Assembly (NCBI GenBank): GCA_001600815.1
Contig: BCKZ01000038.1
Coordinates: 1 to 49,140 of the forward strand
Length of the DNA stretch: 49,140 nt
Origin: Alloascoidea hylecoeti
Taxonomy: Eukaryota
Direction: 5' to 3'
Made by a program: the position numbers and the translations under genes. Shown piece by piece: positions 1-12,467 of the stretch. Numbering within the stretch: position 1 is the stretch's first letter; each line of letters opens with the position of its first letter. Under the pieces are notes generated by a model. It worked only from the letters and a program-made list of their open reading frames with translations, had not been told where the DNA came from and did no database searches.

Positions 1-2241
1 GTTAAATTACGCAGAAATAAGCTTAAAGTTCCTGACACATATTAAGTTTCAAGGAAGAAATAATTGATATCAGCAAACTTTACATATTCTTAAGCTAGTC
101 GATAGTTATATCAGATATTATTGATAACCCTATTATTTGATTTGGAAGACACCTTANAATAATAATTAGATTTCTATTTGTTCTTCAATTTGAGTATCAA
201 TATACATATTGGTCTCGATGTTATGTAATCGCTGAAGGTGTTTTTTCCCCATTAGTTTCGTTAGAAGTATGACATTTGTGGGGTAAAGAATAAATGTAAG
301 GCCTTATAATTATCCGACACTCTAAATCTCGGAACATAAAAGTCTATATGCCATCTAAGTTTATACGTTTACGTTTTTGAATAATCATTGTATTCAAATT
401 ATAAAGTCTCTGGTTTTACTGACCGGTGGGCGCCTACAGGTGGATCGCACTTGGTGGTAGAAGTATAACAAACTGAAATAAAAATATCATTATAAACCTT
501 AGATCAATTTCTTACAGAAGAAAATTCAAACTTTTTTTTACGTGCCTGAATAACTACGAGTATAATATAAATTTTCATTATACAGTTACAACTTGCAAGG
601 TTAAAGTTACTATATATCGAAAGATAATCCATAACAGGTGCACCCTATTTTTCTCTAGCTTATGATTGCAGTAAATCTCAAATTCTGAAGAACCATATGT
701 ACCATGTTCCTCACATCGTGCGTTAAAAGTTCCACTAATATATATACATGTATGTTATTCCAAGAGTTATATCACAACAAGAAATGATTTGTAGCTTATT
801 AATTTGAGGATAAGTTAATTATCTCATTTAACAAGTACACTTACACAGGTATATATTGGAATTCACGTTTCATCCATTTAGTAGGCTATAAAACCTATTC
901 ACCATTTTGACTGACATTTATAACGTACGCATACATTTCCATCATTTTTCCGATGACATTATATGTTGGATATACTACACTGGGAGAACAGGCACTTTGA
1001 ACTTTAACATTATATTAATAAATTATTCAAATCTTTTAAATATACCTTAAGCTAAATCTTTTAAAAATCTTCAAAGAAAAGTATACACATTTATTTAAAC
1101 TCTTTACATAAATTTATGTAATTGATGCCATTCAGTTTTTCATTTTTTGTTTTATGTTTTTAAACAATCTTTATGTGCATTTATGCAAAGAAATGCATGC
1201 ACATTTACATACATAGAGTCGACGTTAGATAACCCACCCATCTACCCTATTCCCTTATTTTAGATCACACAAATTAAATATTAAATCGAAAAGGAAATTA
1301 ATGGAAACTTCTGGAGTCACTTAAATATCGGTTTGAAATGATTAATATTCTACTGATTTCTCAAGCGCTCCGTAGGTTTCTATCTTATAATGCAATATAT
1401 ATAAATATTCGTGCTCTAATATGAACTTATTATTCATCAATTGTTGCGCTATATAACTAAGTGTATACCTATATTTAAGCATAGATAATGCTGAAAATAT
1501 TTCGATTGTTTGGTTTTGTTTAATTCTCCACCTCGTATTTTTTTGAAGTATCCGGGTCTCCATTGACATAGTACAAAATTATGGGAAATAAGCTGGTGAG
1601 AGGAGNTAAATAGCTCTTGGAAAATATAGTGGTAGGAGTTCAATCATTTTATTTGAGTCAGTTCCATTATTTTGTGCTTGAATTTGTTGTTGTTGTTCTT
1701 GTTGTTGTTTGNAAAGGATTGTGGAGCAAAACGTTTTTGGATGGTTTGTTCCTTAGTTTTATACATTTGATGACATTAGTTGATTATAGATAACCTAACC
1801 TGAACCTAATAAGTCATACGTGGTACAGGTTATACATATTACATATATTATATGTTACTTTTACTTGCATATTTATACCGGCCTTAAACCCACCATTATT
1901 CTACTTTAATTGCAAGACCAAGATGTATAACCATTAGATCCGAAGACTTCCAAATCTTAAAGTTAGAATTTCCGTTGAATGGATATACATAAGTGTGATA
2001 AATAGAGTTTATCTATTTTCTTTACTTTAAGTTTTAATGAAGGAGTTCATTCACTTCATCTAGCCATTATTTTGTTCTTGTTCTCAATAAGGGTGACATT
2101 AAAAGAAGATTTGCTCGGGTATCGTTGTTGCCGTATCATATTTTTCAAATTTTCGCCGGAGGGTATCGAACACTCGAACTAAGAGTACCTCAGTTTTGAA
2201 TGGTAAATTAAATTAAAAACTGATTTTGATTTAACATTATC

Positions 2242-2311
2242 TATCAGAGTTTTAGTATCATAGCTGTAGTATCAGAGTTGTAGCACCAAAGTTGTGGTAA
2301 CAAAGTAGTTC
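2242..2311. repeat. degenerate 14-bp minisatellite (~5 copies)
   Basis: TATCAGAGTTTTAG / TATCATAGCTGTAG / TATCAGAGTTGTAG / CACCAAAGTTGTGG / TAACAAAGTAGTT in tandem. Confidence 0.7.
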
Positions 2312-2771
2312 GGTACCGTGGTATTAAACTAGTAGATTAAAAGTTGGAAACTTTAAGTAATATTGTATTTTAATAAATTTTCCAGAATAGATATAATTAA
2401 ACTTTATAAAGAATAGATATTCCATTAAATAATCAGAACTGAGAATGTTGGTGTTCTCAACCTGATAATAGATTAGTATACCAACTTATATAATTGAAGA
2501 CTTTATATATTAAGCAGTTAAATTAAGCCGAATAATCTAAGCAAATATTATTGTATTCGGAAGAACAATAAGGCCAGTATCATAGATATACACTCAAAGT
2601 CATTCTTTTCTTAAATCCTTATTTGAATCCTAATTTTTTTTATCATTTTTTTCATTGTCTCTATGACCAATATATCTTACAAAGTTACCAAAAATATATG
2701 TCAGTTAGGTGAATATTAAGAGATAAAAAATATTTTAGAATGCCCAATTGTTTACAAAATGAAATAATTAA

Positions 2772-3795
2772 TTACAAGATATTAGTTTTTTTATTATTTG
2801 TATATCTTCTACTTTTGAGGCTACATTCATACTTTAAATTGTGAATTTCTGGTAGAATATAATAAAACCAAGCACCAGCAGCAAGACTAATTAATACTAA
2901 TGATAAAATAACTAAGGTAAATGTTAGAATTTGCATATCATCAGGTGCAGTTATAATCAGTTGTAGGGGTTTGGAACTTTTTAGATATAATACCTATTGA
3001 ATATAATAATAGACACCCTTTAACCTGCTAACCATGGACAAGAGCAAACCCCATAAAACAATGTACAAAGACGGAAAATTAGTCGATAAAGAGGTGAGAC
3101 ATCTGTAGTTATAAATTGATCTGTGATATAGATAAGTATAATGAAGTATTGGTCCATAAATGCCAAATGCAAGGAGATGAGTATTTACAAACTGATATTC
3201 CTGATGATTCTCCATTTCCAGAAGTAAACTGTTAAGATTCTGATATCCACAAACAGATCGTTTGACCAAGATCCTTTGAATTCACCGGTAGGATTGATTA
3301 TAAAACTATGATCCCTAAGGATATCAAGGAACAATTCTTTGGGAATTTCTGACATCCAATGTACATAAATAAATAACATAATAGCATTTGAAATAGTTGG
3401 CGCTATCGCCAAAGTTATTCCATATGCTTTTGCAACATGCAGATAAGATTAGAAGATAAATACCGTGAAACATCCTCAAATAACTCTCTTCTGAAGTACA
3501 GATGCCAGATAGATTGCAGAGAATTTGGGTACAATTCAGAATTCTTCAAAAGTAAATTAAAAAGGACCATGATGACGGTAATACCGATAATATTCATAAT
3601 TCCAAGAATAGATATTAAAATTATTAACAAAACAATGAAGATAAGTAGGAATAGGAGAATTAATTAGAGCGCTATTTGGAAAAGAAGGAATGAAAACGGA
3701 ACATGGACGAAGTAAATCAAATATATATCGAAATGTAGATGTAGAGATAACAGGACAGTTGCGGGTTTCTCATTTGGATAATTTTGTTCATTCAT
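2772..3795 (-). pseudogene. decayed multi-pass membrane protein gene (~340 codons), family unknown
   Basis: ATG at 3795 (MNEQNYPNEKP...). Hydrophobic ORF fragments (3415-3630, 3185-3412, 2994-3269 and a tail ...LVILSLVLISLAAGAWFYYILP...) can be joined only through in-frame stops (TAA 3664-3666, TAG 2994-2996) and about two frameshifts. No canonical introns were seen. TATATAAA lies upstream near 3852. Confidence 0.6.
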
Positions 3796-4412
3796 AGTAG
3801 TTGTGTAAAATTATAAATTTTTAAGAGATAAAGTTGAATATGAATAAAGAGTTTATATAATATCGGTTGTGAGGAGGGTGAAACACAAGGAAGTTGATTG
3901 TATTTATAGTTGTGGTTACTTATGAAGTTTAGGGTGCTAACTCTAAATACTTAGCTTAAATTGTTCTTTTATATAGAAATGGGATATCTAGAAGTTAAAG
4001 AACATCATACAGTCTTTAAAAAGCAGTTTAAGGCCTTGTAGATTATTTATAATCAATAGTTGATTACAATATTGCTATTTTATATTATTATTTGGAGTGC
4101 ATAACCTGTTTAAAACCGTAACTTGTAGTATACGAATATATGATGAATAGGATATACATCGAGTTTAAAAGTATAGCTTTATCTGATATTATTTTAATAG
4201 ATTGCTAACGTTTTAATAAACATTACTGATCCCGGATCTGTTAAGATCCGTTGATATTTTTCGCACAGGTATTAGATAACGAAATCAATTTTTATTTTCG
4301 TCAATACTGAATATAATTATATATAAATAACAAATGATAGAAATATTAATTAAATGATGTATGATAAAAAGATATAAATAAAAACAACTCTCATGATAAC
4401 AAACAACAACAA

Positions 4413-4416
<4 letters not shown>

Positions 4417-4446
<30 letters not shown>
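4417..4446. repeat. (TAA)n microsatellite
   Basis: about 10 perfect TAA units downstream of DEF1. Confidence 0.9.
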
Positions 4447-4449
<3 letters not shown>

Positions 4450-4630
4450 TAAAATGCATATATATGTGTATACTTTGCTTTTGAAAATCATTACAAGGTA
4501 TATTTAAAAGATTTGAATAATTAGAATTTAAATAATAAATAATGTCATGGAATATATGCGTACGTTATAAATGAAATAAAATCAATTTTAAAGACATTAT
4601 GATAATGATGATAAAGACAAGATGATGATT

Positions 4631-5383
4631 TTAATAGGCACCCCATGTTCCACGTTGTTGATAATCTTGATATGAACCATAGTAAGGTTGATATGGTTGT
4701 TGATGATATTGTTGTTGAACACCAATAGTTTGAGGATTTGTTGAAACGCCATGATTATTTACAATTGGTGGTTGTTGTTGAATACCTCTTATTTGTTGTC
4801 TTGGTCCACTTCCATTACCTTGAATTGGAATTTGTTGACCGACGTTAACGTTTTGATTTTCTAGAAAATCACTTAAATTATTTAATTGTCCTGATCCTAT
4901 ATTTTGTGATTGTTCAATATGATTATTATTACTTGATGATTGTTGTTGTGATGATACTTGAGAATGAACATGTTGCTGTTGTTGTTGAGCTTGAGGCTGT
5001 TGACCTAATCTATAAGGTTGCTCATAATATTGATTATTAAAAACTTTCCCTTGTGGTTGATTTTGTTGTTGTGGATATTGTGAATATTGAGTATGAGGGT
5101 ATTGATAATAATTATAATACATTGGAACAGCTGAATAAAATGGTTGACCATTAAAATTTAATGGTGGTGGAACAACTCCTCCAACACCAGGTGGAATTGT
5201 TGAATCTTGTTGTGAAGTTGTTAATGATTGTTGTATTTGATTTGGAATTGGTTGTTGTAATTGTTGAATTTGTGATTCTGCAAAATATGGTGATGGTCTT
5301 TGAGTTGGAATTGTATCATATCCATTTCTATCTCTTAAATTATTATTACTGTTATTATTAGCAGTAGTAGTTGTATTTGGTGT

Positions 5384-5422
<39 letters not shown>

Positions 5423-7945
5423 TTGCCCTTGAATACTACCATTAACACTATTTGTTCCTTGCGAATTGACATTATAATTCTTTCTTTGATTATTATTATC
5501 ATATCCATAATCTGAATTAGAATGTGTTGTTGGATAACTTGATGCTGGAATTGGAGATTGGAAACCATAATTATTTGAATAATTATCCAATTGATTAGGT
5601 TGTAATTGATTATATGGAATTGTTGAATGGATTTGTTCTTGTTGTTGGTTTAATTGTTGTGTTACATGAGGAGCTTGTTGCTGCTGCTGTTGTTGACCAT
5701 ATCTATAATAATTTGATTGATTCATAAATTGTTGATTAGATCCCTGGATTGTAGGAGCTGGTGGTGGTGTTTGAGACATTTGATAAACAGGTTGATTATT
5801 TTGAACTTGACGTTGATAAGGATGAGATTGTTGTTGTTGATATAGTTCTTGTTGTGTTTGGGCTTGAGGATCAGCCGAAGTTTGTGATTGTTCAGGGGAT
5901 TGAACTTGTAATTGATTTTGTGATTGTGATTGTGATTGTGACTGATTTTGAGATTGTATAACTTGATCTTGATCTTGAATATGTTGTTGAGGTTGGGTTG
6001 TGGTTTGAGAATCATGAATGTTATCATTATCATTGTGTGAAATTTGATTTGATGGAATTTCAAAAGAATGATTCGATGGTTTATCTTCATTATTATTATT
6101 AATATTAACAGTTTCTTGGTTTTGTGAAGCTTGTAATTGTTCTTTGTTATAATTGACTTCAGATGTTTCTTTATTCTCTACATTTTCATAATTTTCATTT
6201 TCTAAATTTTCCTTTTGTGAAGATTCATTATCATAAGAATTATTATTTTCTTCATTTAAATTTAAAGAACCAAATGATATTCCAACTCTATCAATATGAG
6301 AAATACTAGTTGGTAATATAACACCAACTGATCCTGACCCATTCTCAACATCTTGAAATTTTTTATTAAATCCAATCTTATTTGAAAAAATTAATGATGA
6401 TGGAATTGATGTTGTCGTTGTATCTGCATCTGTAGTGATAATTGTTGATTCTTTTTTTGTACTTGTAAAACTCTCTTCTTGATTTTCTTGTTCTTGTTCC
6501 TGGTCTTTTTCTTTTTCTTTTTCTTGATCTTGATTATCATTATTATTTGAATCTGAAATTATAGATTCATTATTTTTATTATTGTTAAAAGTAGGGAATC
6601 TAACAGATACGTTATGCTCTTTTGTATATTCTGATGATGATGGATCAATTGGAATTTCAGGTTGTGATTGTGGTTGAAGTTTTAAAACTTTTGATAAATG
6701 GGATATATCTAATCCTGGAGGTTTTGATAATTCATCATATGAATTTTGTTGATATGTAATTTGTGGATTATCATGAGGAGATAATGATGATTTTGGGATT
6801 TCTTGAGTAGTATCATTTGATTCTGAAGTTTCATTGACTTCTTGAGATACTGATTTTGTTGATTTGGGCTCATTAATCTCTTCTTTCTGTAAAGAGATTT
6901 GAGAAGGCTCTTTTTGTTCATTGTTATTTATATTTTGAACATTTTCAATATTTTGGGATTGAGATTCTTCTTTCTTTAAATCCGATTGATTTTCAGGAGT
7001 ATGAATAGATGGTTCTTCTTTTTTAACTATAGTCTTATGTTCTTGTTTTAATGGTTGTTTTTTAGTGATGGGTTTAGGTGCAGCAATTGAAGCCCATGTT
7101 AATTTTTTTGGTGTAGTAGTAGCTGGTGTAATAATAGGGGTAATAGGGGTAATAGTTGGCTTTTGATTTATTGGTGGATTATCATTAGGTTTATGTCCTT
7201 TTGATTTCTTTTCAACTGGTAGATTATCATTATTCTCAGAATGTGGATCTTTATCATGATGATTATTATCATTAGGGGCTTTCAATGGATGTGAATGTGA
7301 ATGAGTAACAGGAACAGGTGTTTCAATTTTTTTAGATAAGGTACTAGCCCATGTTTTAATAGAAGTATTAGTAGTATCTTTTTTATTTGAATTTAAAACA
7401 TGATCATCATTATGTGAAATTGTATTTTCAATTGTTGGAAAACCTTTAGATTTATTTATTGGTATTTTAGTTGATTTTTTAAAATTATTTAAATTCCGTT
7501 GATTATTTATCCTACTTGTTGATTTTTCACGATCATGATTGTAAGTACCATATCCAGACCCAAAGCCAGAACTTGATTGACCATTATTCAAATGGGAATG
7601 GAAACTTAAACCAGAATCATTATTATTAACAATATTTGAATTTAAATGTTTTGATTGTCTATCTCTTTGTTTCTTTTTAACTTCCCCCCATTGGGTAGCA
7701 TGACCTTCAGTTATATTTAAAATCGTTTCATTTAAATTCCCATCAGATTCATTTAATGCTGTTAATAAATCATCATTTGACCAATTTGGAAATAATTCTA
7801 TTAAATTCGGTAGTAATGAATTATATTTTATCATTAATTTTTTATCTAAATTTAAAGGATTATTATTGTTTTGTGATTCGGTATGATGACGGGGATGAGA
7901 TCTACCGAATTGTCTTGCTTTCTGTTTTGTATAAAATTCAGACAT
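4631..7945 (-). CDS. DEF1: RNA polymerase II degradation factor Def1 (N-terminal CUE domain, Q/N-rich C-terminus), 1104 aa
   Basis: CUE-like LIELFPNWSNDDLLTALNESDGNLNETILNITEGHATQWGEVKKK, TWAS motifs and a long polyQ-rich tail. Confidence 0.88.
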
Positions 7946-8408
7946 ATCTTTTGTGAGTTTAAAACTTTGTAAGTGTAAAGTTAAATATGTATTTGGTTAT
8001 ATTTTTTTTGATGGATTCTAAATTTAAAGCTTATTTCAAAACTACCTGGCCTGATTTTTTAAAGTAAGTAAAAATTGTAAGTAAGCGTACCAAACAAAAA
8101 GAAAATATAAGACAAACTTTACATACCTTAAATTTTATAAGTCAACTACAACTTGATTCTATTTATTTATTTATTAAGAATTAATTGATAATTGAAGTTT
8201 TTAAAAATTGGAAATTTGGAAATTGGAGTTTTAAGGGGATTAATTACTTCCAATTTTGAAACTACCTGTGAAGAATGGGATTGAGATTACCCTGCCACTA
8301 ACATCTTTCATATATGGATATTTCATCATTAATTAACAATATATAAGGATATTCTAATTATAAACATATAGCTAATACAATATATATATATATATCAAAC
8401 ATTTATAT

Positions 8409-9494
8409 TTAGTTTAAAACACCAGCAGTATGGAAAACATGTAAAGCTTCAGTAATTCTTTCTTTCATTGTAACCTCACCTTCTCTAACCCAAACTCTTG
8501 GATCAAAATATTTCTTATTTGGTTTATCAATACCATCTGGATTACCAACCATTGTTGAAATATAATCTTTTTTATTTAAAACATAATCTCTAATACCACG
8601 TAAATAAGCAAATTGACAATCTGTATCTAAATTCACTTTTACAACACCATAAGAAATTGCAGTATTAAATTCTTCTTGTGTTGAACCAGAACCACCATGG
8701 AAAACTAAAAATAATGGTTTATCACTTTCTGATGATAAAATTTGTTTAGCATATCTTTGATGATCACCTAATAATTTTGGTGATAAAACAACATTACCAG
8801 GTTTATAAACACCATGAACATTACCAAAAGCGGCAGCAATTGAAAAATTTGGAGAAATTGGTGATAAGGCTTTATAAACTTCAAAAACAGTTTCTGGTGA
8901 TGTATATAAAGAATCTTTATCAGCATCTTCATTATTAACACCATCTTCTTCACCACCAGTAATACCAATTTCCATTTCTAACCATTGATTCATTTTAGCA
9001 GATCTTTTAAAATATTCAGCAGTTAATGCAATATTTTCAGGAATTGGTTCTTCTGATAAATCAATCATATGTGAAGAAAATAAAGGTTCACCATGTTTTT
9101 CAAAATATTCTTCATCAGCAGTTAAAACACCATCTAACCAAGGTAATAATTTTTTAGCACAATGATCAGTATGTAAAACAATTGGGATTTCATAAGAAGG
9201 AGCAATTGATCTAATATAATGAGCAGCAGATATAGCACCTTGAATAGAAGCAAATTGGTTTTTATTTGAAATACCTTTACCAGCAAAATAAGCAGCACCA
9301 CCATTTGACATTTGAATAATGATTGGAGATTTAGCATCACGAGCAGCTTCTAAAGCAGCAACAACAGTTGAAGTTGACGTTGTATTAATGGCAGGAATAG
9401 CAAAACCTTTTTCTTGGGCATAAAGGAAAAGATTACGGACATCGTCACCGACAATGACACCGGTTTTTCTTGATAAAAAGTCTAAGCTAGGCAT
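8409..9494 (-). CDS. FBA1: fructose-1,6-bisphosphate aldolase class II, 361 aa
   Basis: HTDHCAKKLLPW, EMEIGITGGEEDGV, FGNVHGVYKPG, FHGGSGS and KKYFDPRVWVREGE motifs. Confidence 0.98.
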   Translation of the reverse strand: MPSLDFLSRKTGVIVGDDVRNLFLYAQEKGFAIPAINTTSTSTVVAALEAARDAKSPIIIQMSNGGAAYFAGKGISNKNQFASIQGAISAAHYIRSIAPSYEIPIVLHTDHCAKKLLPWLDGVLTADEEYFEKHGEPLFSSHMIDLSEEPIPENIALTAEYFKRSAKMNQWLEMEIGITGGEEDGVNNEDADKDSLYTSPETVFEVYKALSPISPNFSIAAAFGNVHGVYKPGNVVLSPKLLGDHQRYAKQILSSESDKPLFLVFHGGSGSTQEEFNTAISYGVVKVNLDTDCQFAYLRGIRDYVLNKKDYISTMVGNPDGIDKPNKKYFDPRVWVREGEVTMKERITEALHVFHTAGVLN

Positions 9495-10025
9495 GCTGAA
9501 TTGATTGATTGATTGATTGGAGTAATAAGTTATGAAAAGGATAACGAGGAACGGGAGAGAAAAAAAGAATAAAAGGGCAAAATTGGAGTATTTATATATT
9601 TCATCAAATGCAGTTGCAAGTATTATTGATTGATACCACCAGACGACATTTTATTTTTGATCTCTCATTATCTGCATTTGCGATTGCATTTGCATTTTGT
9701 CTTTTGTTTCAATTGATTCATCTGCTGTTTTTTTTTCATAATTATACGTAATCATAATTAATACTACTGGATGGCTATTATATTATTTGCCATGATCACC
9801 GTTTGTACTATTTTATAACATATTTCACTGATCGACTTCCGAAGAGACGTTAACAGAAACGACCAATTGTTACAGCAAAATGATGTATTATTGTTTGCCG
9901 AAGTTCCTTTTGTTTTACTTTTGACGTCAGCCGATGTCTGTTCCATCAGCATATACCACATCCTCACACCCAAACACACAGCATAAAAGAAAAACACAAG
10001 AAAAATATTAAAAGAGCCAATAACA

Positions 10026-10875
10026 ATGAAACCTTCTCTTGTCCGTGGGGTTTGTGGCTTACTACCCAAACAGAATAACGTTTATCCCATTATAGCACTA
10101 CGGTCGCATTTATACCCCATCAAGCCCTTAGCTTCTCCAATCACTGCCCTCAATTCATTCGAAAACGTCAATTGCAGCATAAATAACAGATCTTTTCATT
10201 CATATAATCGGAATCAATTGCATTTCACCACTAGACTCGATGCTTCTAGACAAGCTCCTCGAATTCAAACAACAAGGGTGTCTATATTCACTGTCCTATT
10301 TCAAAAACTTAAAAATGGTTCGGTTTTCCTGTTTACTTCAGGCTTGGTACTTGGTGCGATGGCTTTAGCTGTAAGATCATAATCAATCATAATATACATA
10401 TTACAATTACTAATGATATCTATAAAATGTATAGGTTTATGTTTTATATCTTGCATTTTGTGAGATTTTCTTACCATCCGGTGATACACAAATTTTCAAT
10501 AAAACAGTTAATTTAATTGAAAATGATCCAGAATGTCAAAAAATATTTGGTTCAACAAAATTAAAAGCATATGGAGAAACAACTGATAATAAATGGACAA
10601 GAACAAGACCAATTTCAAAAAGACGATTTATAGATAATGATGGAAAAGAACATTTATTTATGAGATTTCATATTGAAAGTGAGAAAAAAATTGGTATTGT
10701 TCAATTTGAAATGAAAAGAAATGAAATTGATGAATTTGCTTATACTTATTTATATGTTGAATATAATGATATTGAAAGATATTATTTAGTTAAACCAAAA
10801 ATTCAAAATATTAAAAAAATTCAAAAGAAAAATGTTGGTTTTTTAGGTGTTAAATGGGGTCCAAAAAAGGATTAA
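10026..10875 (+). CDS. TIM21: mitochondrial import inner membrane translocase subunit Tim21; exons 10026-10370 and 10435-10875
   Basis: Arg/Ser-rich presequence, then a TM segment. A 64-nt intron (GTAAGA...TACTAAT...TAG, 10371-10434) restores the frame to LPSGDTQIFN...LKAYGE..DNKWTRTRPI...MRFHIES...GFLGVKWGPKKD. Confidence 0.93.
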
Positions 10876-11250
10876 TTTAATTTGAAATATTATATCATAT
10901 CATATACTTAAGCTAACAATCGTGTTTATATATATATCCATGTTGTCAATGTTATATCTTAACAATGATCAAAAACTATTCATGTATTTTCAATAACATT
11001 GCAAGTTTGAATTTATGTAGTAAATATTCATCCACAATGATAATAGCATCTAATACAACCTTCCAACTGCAGCCGAACTCAGGGAAGTTATCATCACGTG
11101 CACCAACTTTTATCATGCTTAATCTGAATTTTTCTATGCATAGGACCCTCGTAAGAGTTCCCTTACTTAGAAAAAATGTACACAACAGCAATTTATGATT
11201 TTCAATTCTTCATCTTCACTTCATATTTTCACCTAATATTATCAATAATC

Positions 11251-11913
11251 ATGTACTATAGACTTCCTGGTCCAAAAAAAGATTCAGCTGAACCTGATTC
11301 TTATGTGAATAATGATCTTGATAATGATTCCGATACTTATGTTGATTATAAAGATGATGCTGAGTGTTACTATGATGAAGACGACGATGAAGAGGAGATC
11401 AAAGATCATCTTATGTACTACAATGATGAAGAAAACAGCGAGAACGAGAACGTATATCGTTTTAATAATCGTTATAATTATGATGGAAATGCGATTCCTG
11501 ATACTTCAGTTACTCCGTTTAATCCACTTATTCTTGATTCAGATGAATCAGACGTTGATTTCGATACCGAAGATGATATCACCACCAATTGTAAAATAGT
11601 TGTTCCATATGAATACACCATAGATGATGGATATCTCACACTTTCTAGAAGAGTGGTTCCTGGTGATGATGAGAATAATGAGACTAATACCAAATTCACA
11701 AACCTTGAATCATTAATAGAAATATTAGCTTTTGAGGGTAAAATTCGAACAATTGATTTTAAAAGAGTAGTTAGACAATTTTATCCTAATGATTTTGAAG
11801 GTACATTAACTATTAAGTTAAGAATATTTCCTTTTTCAACTGGATTACTTTCACATTCATCTTCAGATGACATCGATGAGTCCATTAATATGAAATTTAC
11901 ATTTGTTATTTAG
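11251..11913 (+). CDS. uncharacterised protein (~220 aa) with a very acidic N-terminal half and a possible beta-rich C-terminal domain
   Basis: Long uninterrupted ORF with D/E/Y/N-biased composition. The ATG at 11251 has an A-rich context (the ORF track starts at 11176). An AT-rich terminator-like region follows. Confidence 0.65.
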   Translation: MYYRLPGPKKDSAEPDSYVNNDLDNDSDTYVDYKDDAECYYDEDDDEEEIKDHLMYYNDEENSENENVYRFNNRYNYDGNAIPDTSVTPFNPLILDSDESDVDFDTEDDITTNCKIVVPYEYTIDDGYLTLSRRVVPGDDENNETNTKFTNLESLIEILAFEGKIRTIDFKRVVRQFYPNDFEGTLTIKLRIFPFSTGLLSHSSSDDIDESINMKFTFVI

Positions 11914-12166
11914 ATTAATAAAAAATTTTTTTTTTTAATATACTTTTGATTTTGTGTTGGTAATCATTTAATTTTTTTGAAATTTAAATATTTTATAAGA
12001 TAACTTATACCGGTATAGTATATTTACTACCTTCAAATTCAATTTAACGTAAAGCATTTTTCCTCTCAGCCTTTCTATAACATAATGTTAATAATGTTGA
12101 AAGCTGTTCACTCGGTTAAAGCTCAACTTGCTCAGTTGCACTTGACGATTATGGAATCTCTTCTCC

Positions 12167-12199
12167 TTGATTCAAGAAACTTATAGTTTCTTGAATCAA
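12167..12199. repeat. perfect 15-bp inverted repeat with a 3-nt spacer
   Basis: TTGATTCAAGAAACT-tat-AGTTTCTTGAATCAA. Confidence 0.9.
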
Positions 12200-12467
12200 T
12201 TATGTATCACCATCCTCACGGGGTAGAGAAATGGAGAAGAAATAAACGGGATGATACGAGGTTTACAGATTTAGGTGTCAATTCAAACTCTGTAGAAAGG
12301 CTACTAGAAAGTACTCCAGACTCTGAATCTATACGCCTAAACTTGCTTATAGTTACTACCACAAGTAATAAAAACTTATATTTGACCACCAAAGTTCATA
12401 ACTCACTACAATATACTGCCAAAATCATCTATTCTAATCATAAATATCACAAACCATAATTATGAAA

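Noticed and set aside
4285..4491. 68-aa poly-Leu 'membrane peptide' ORF
   Set aside because: Produced by the (TAA)n microsatellite.
5161..6921. Short overlapping ORFs inside DEF1
   Set aside because: Alternative-frame shadows of Gln/Asn codon runs.
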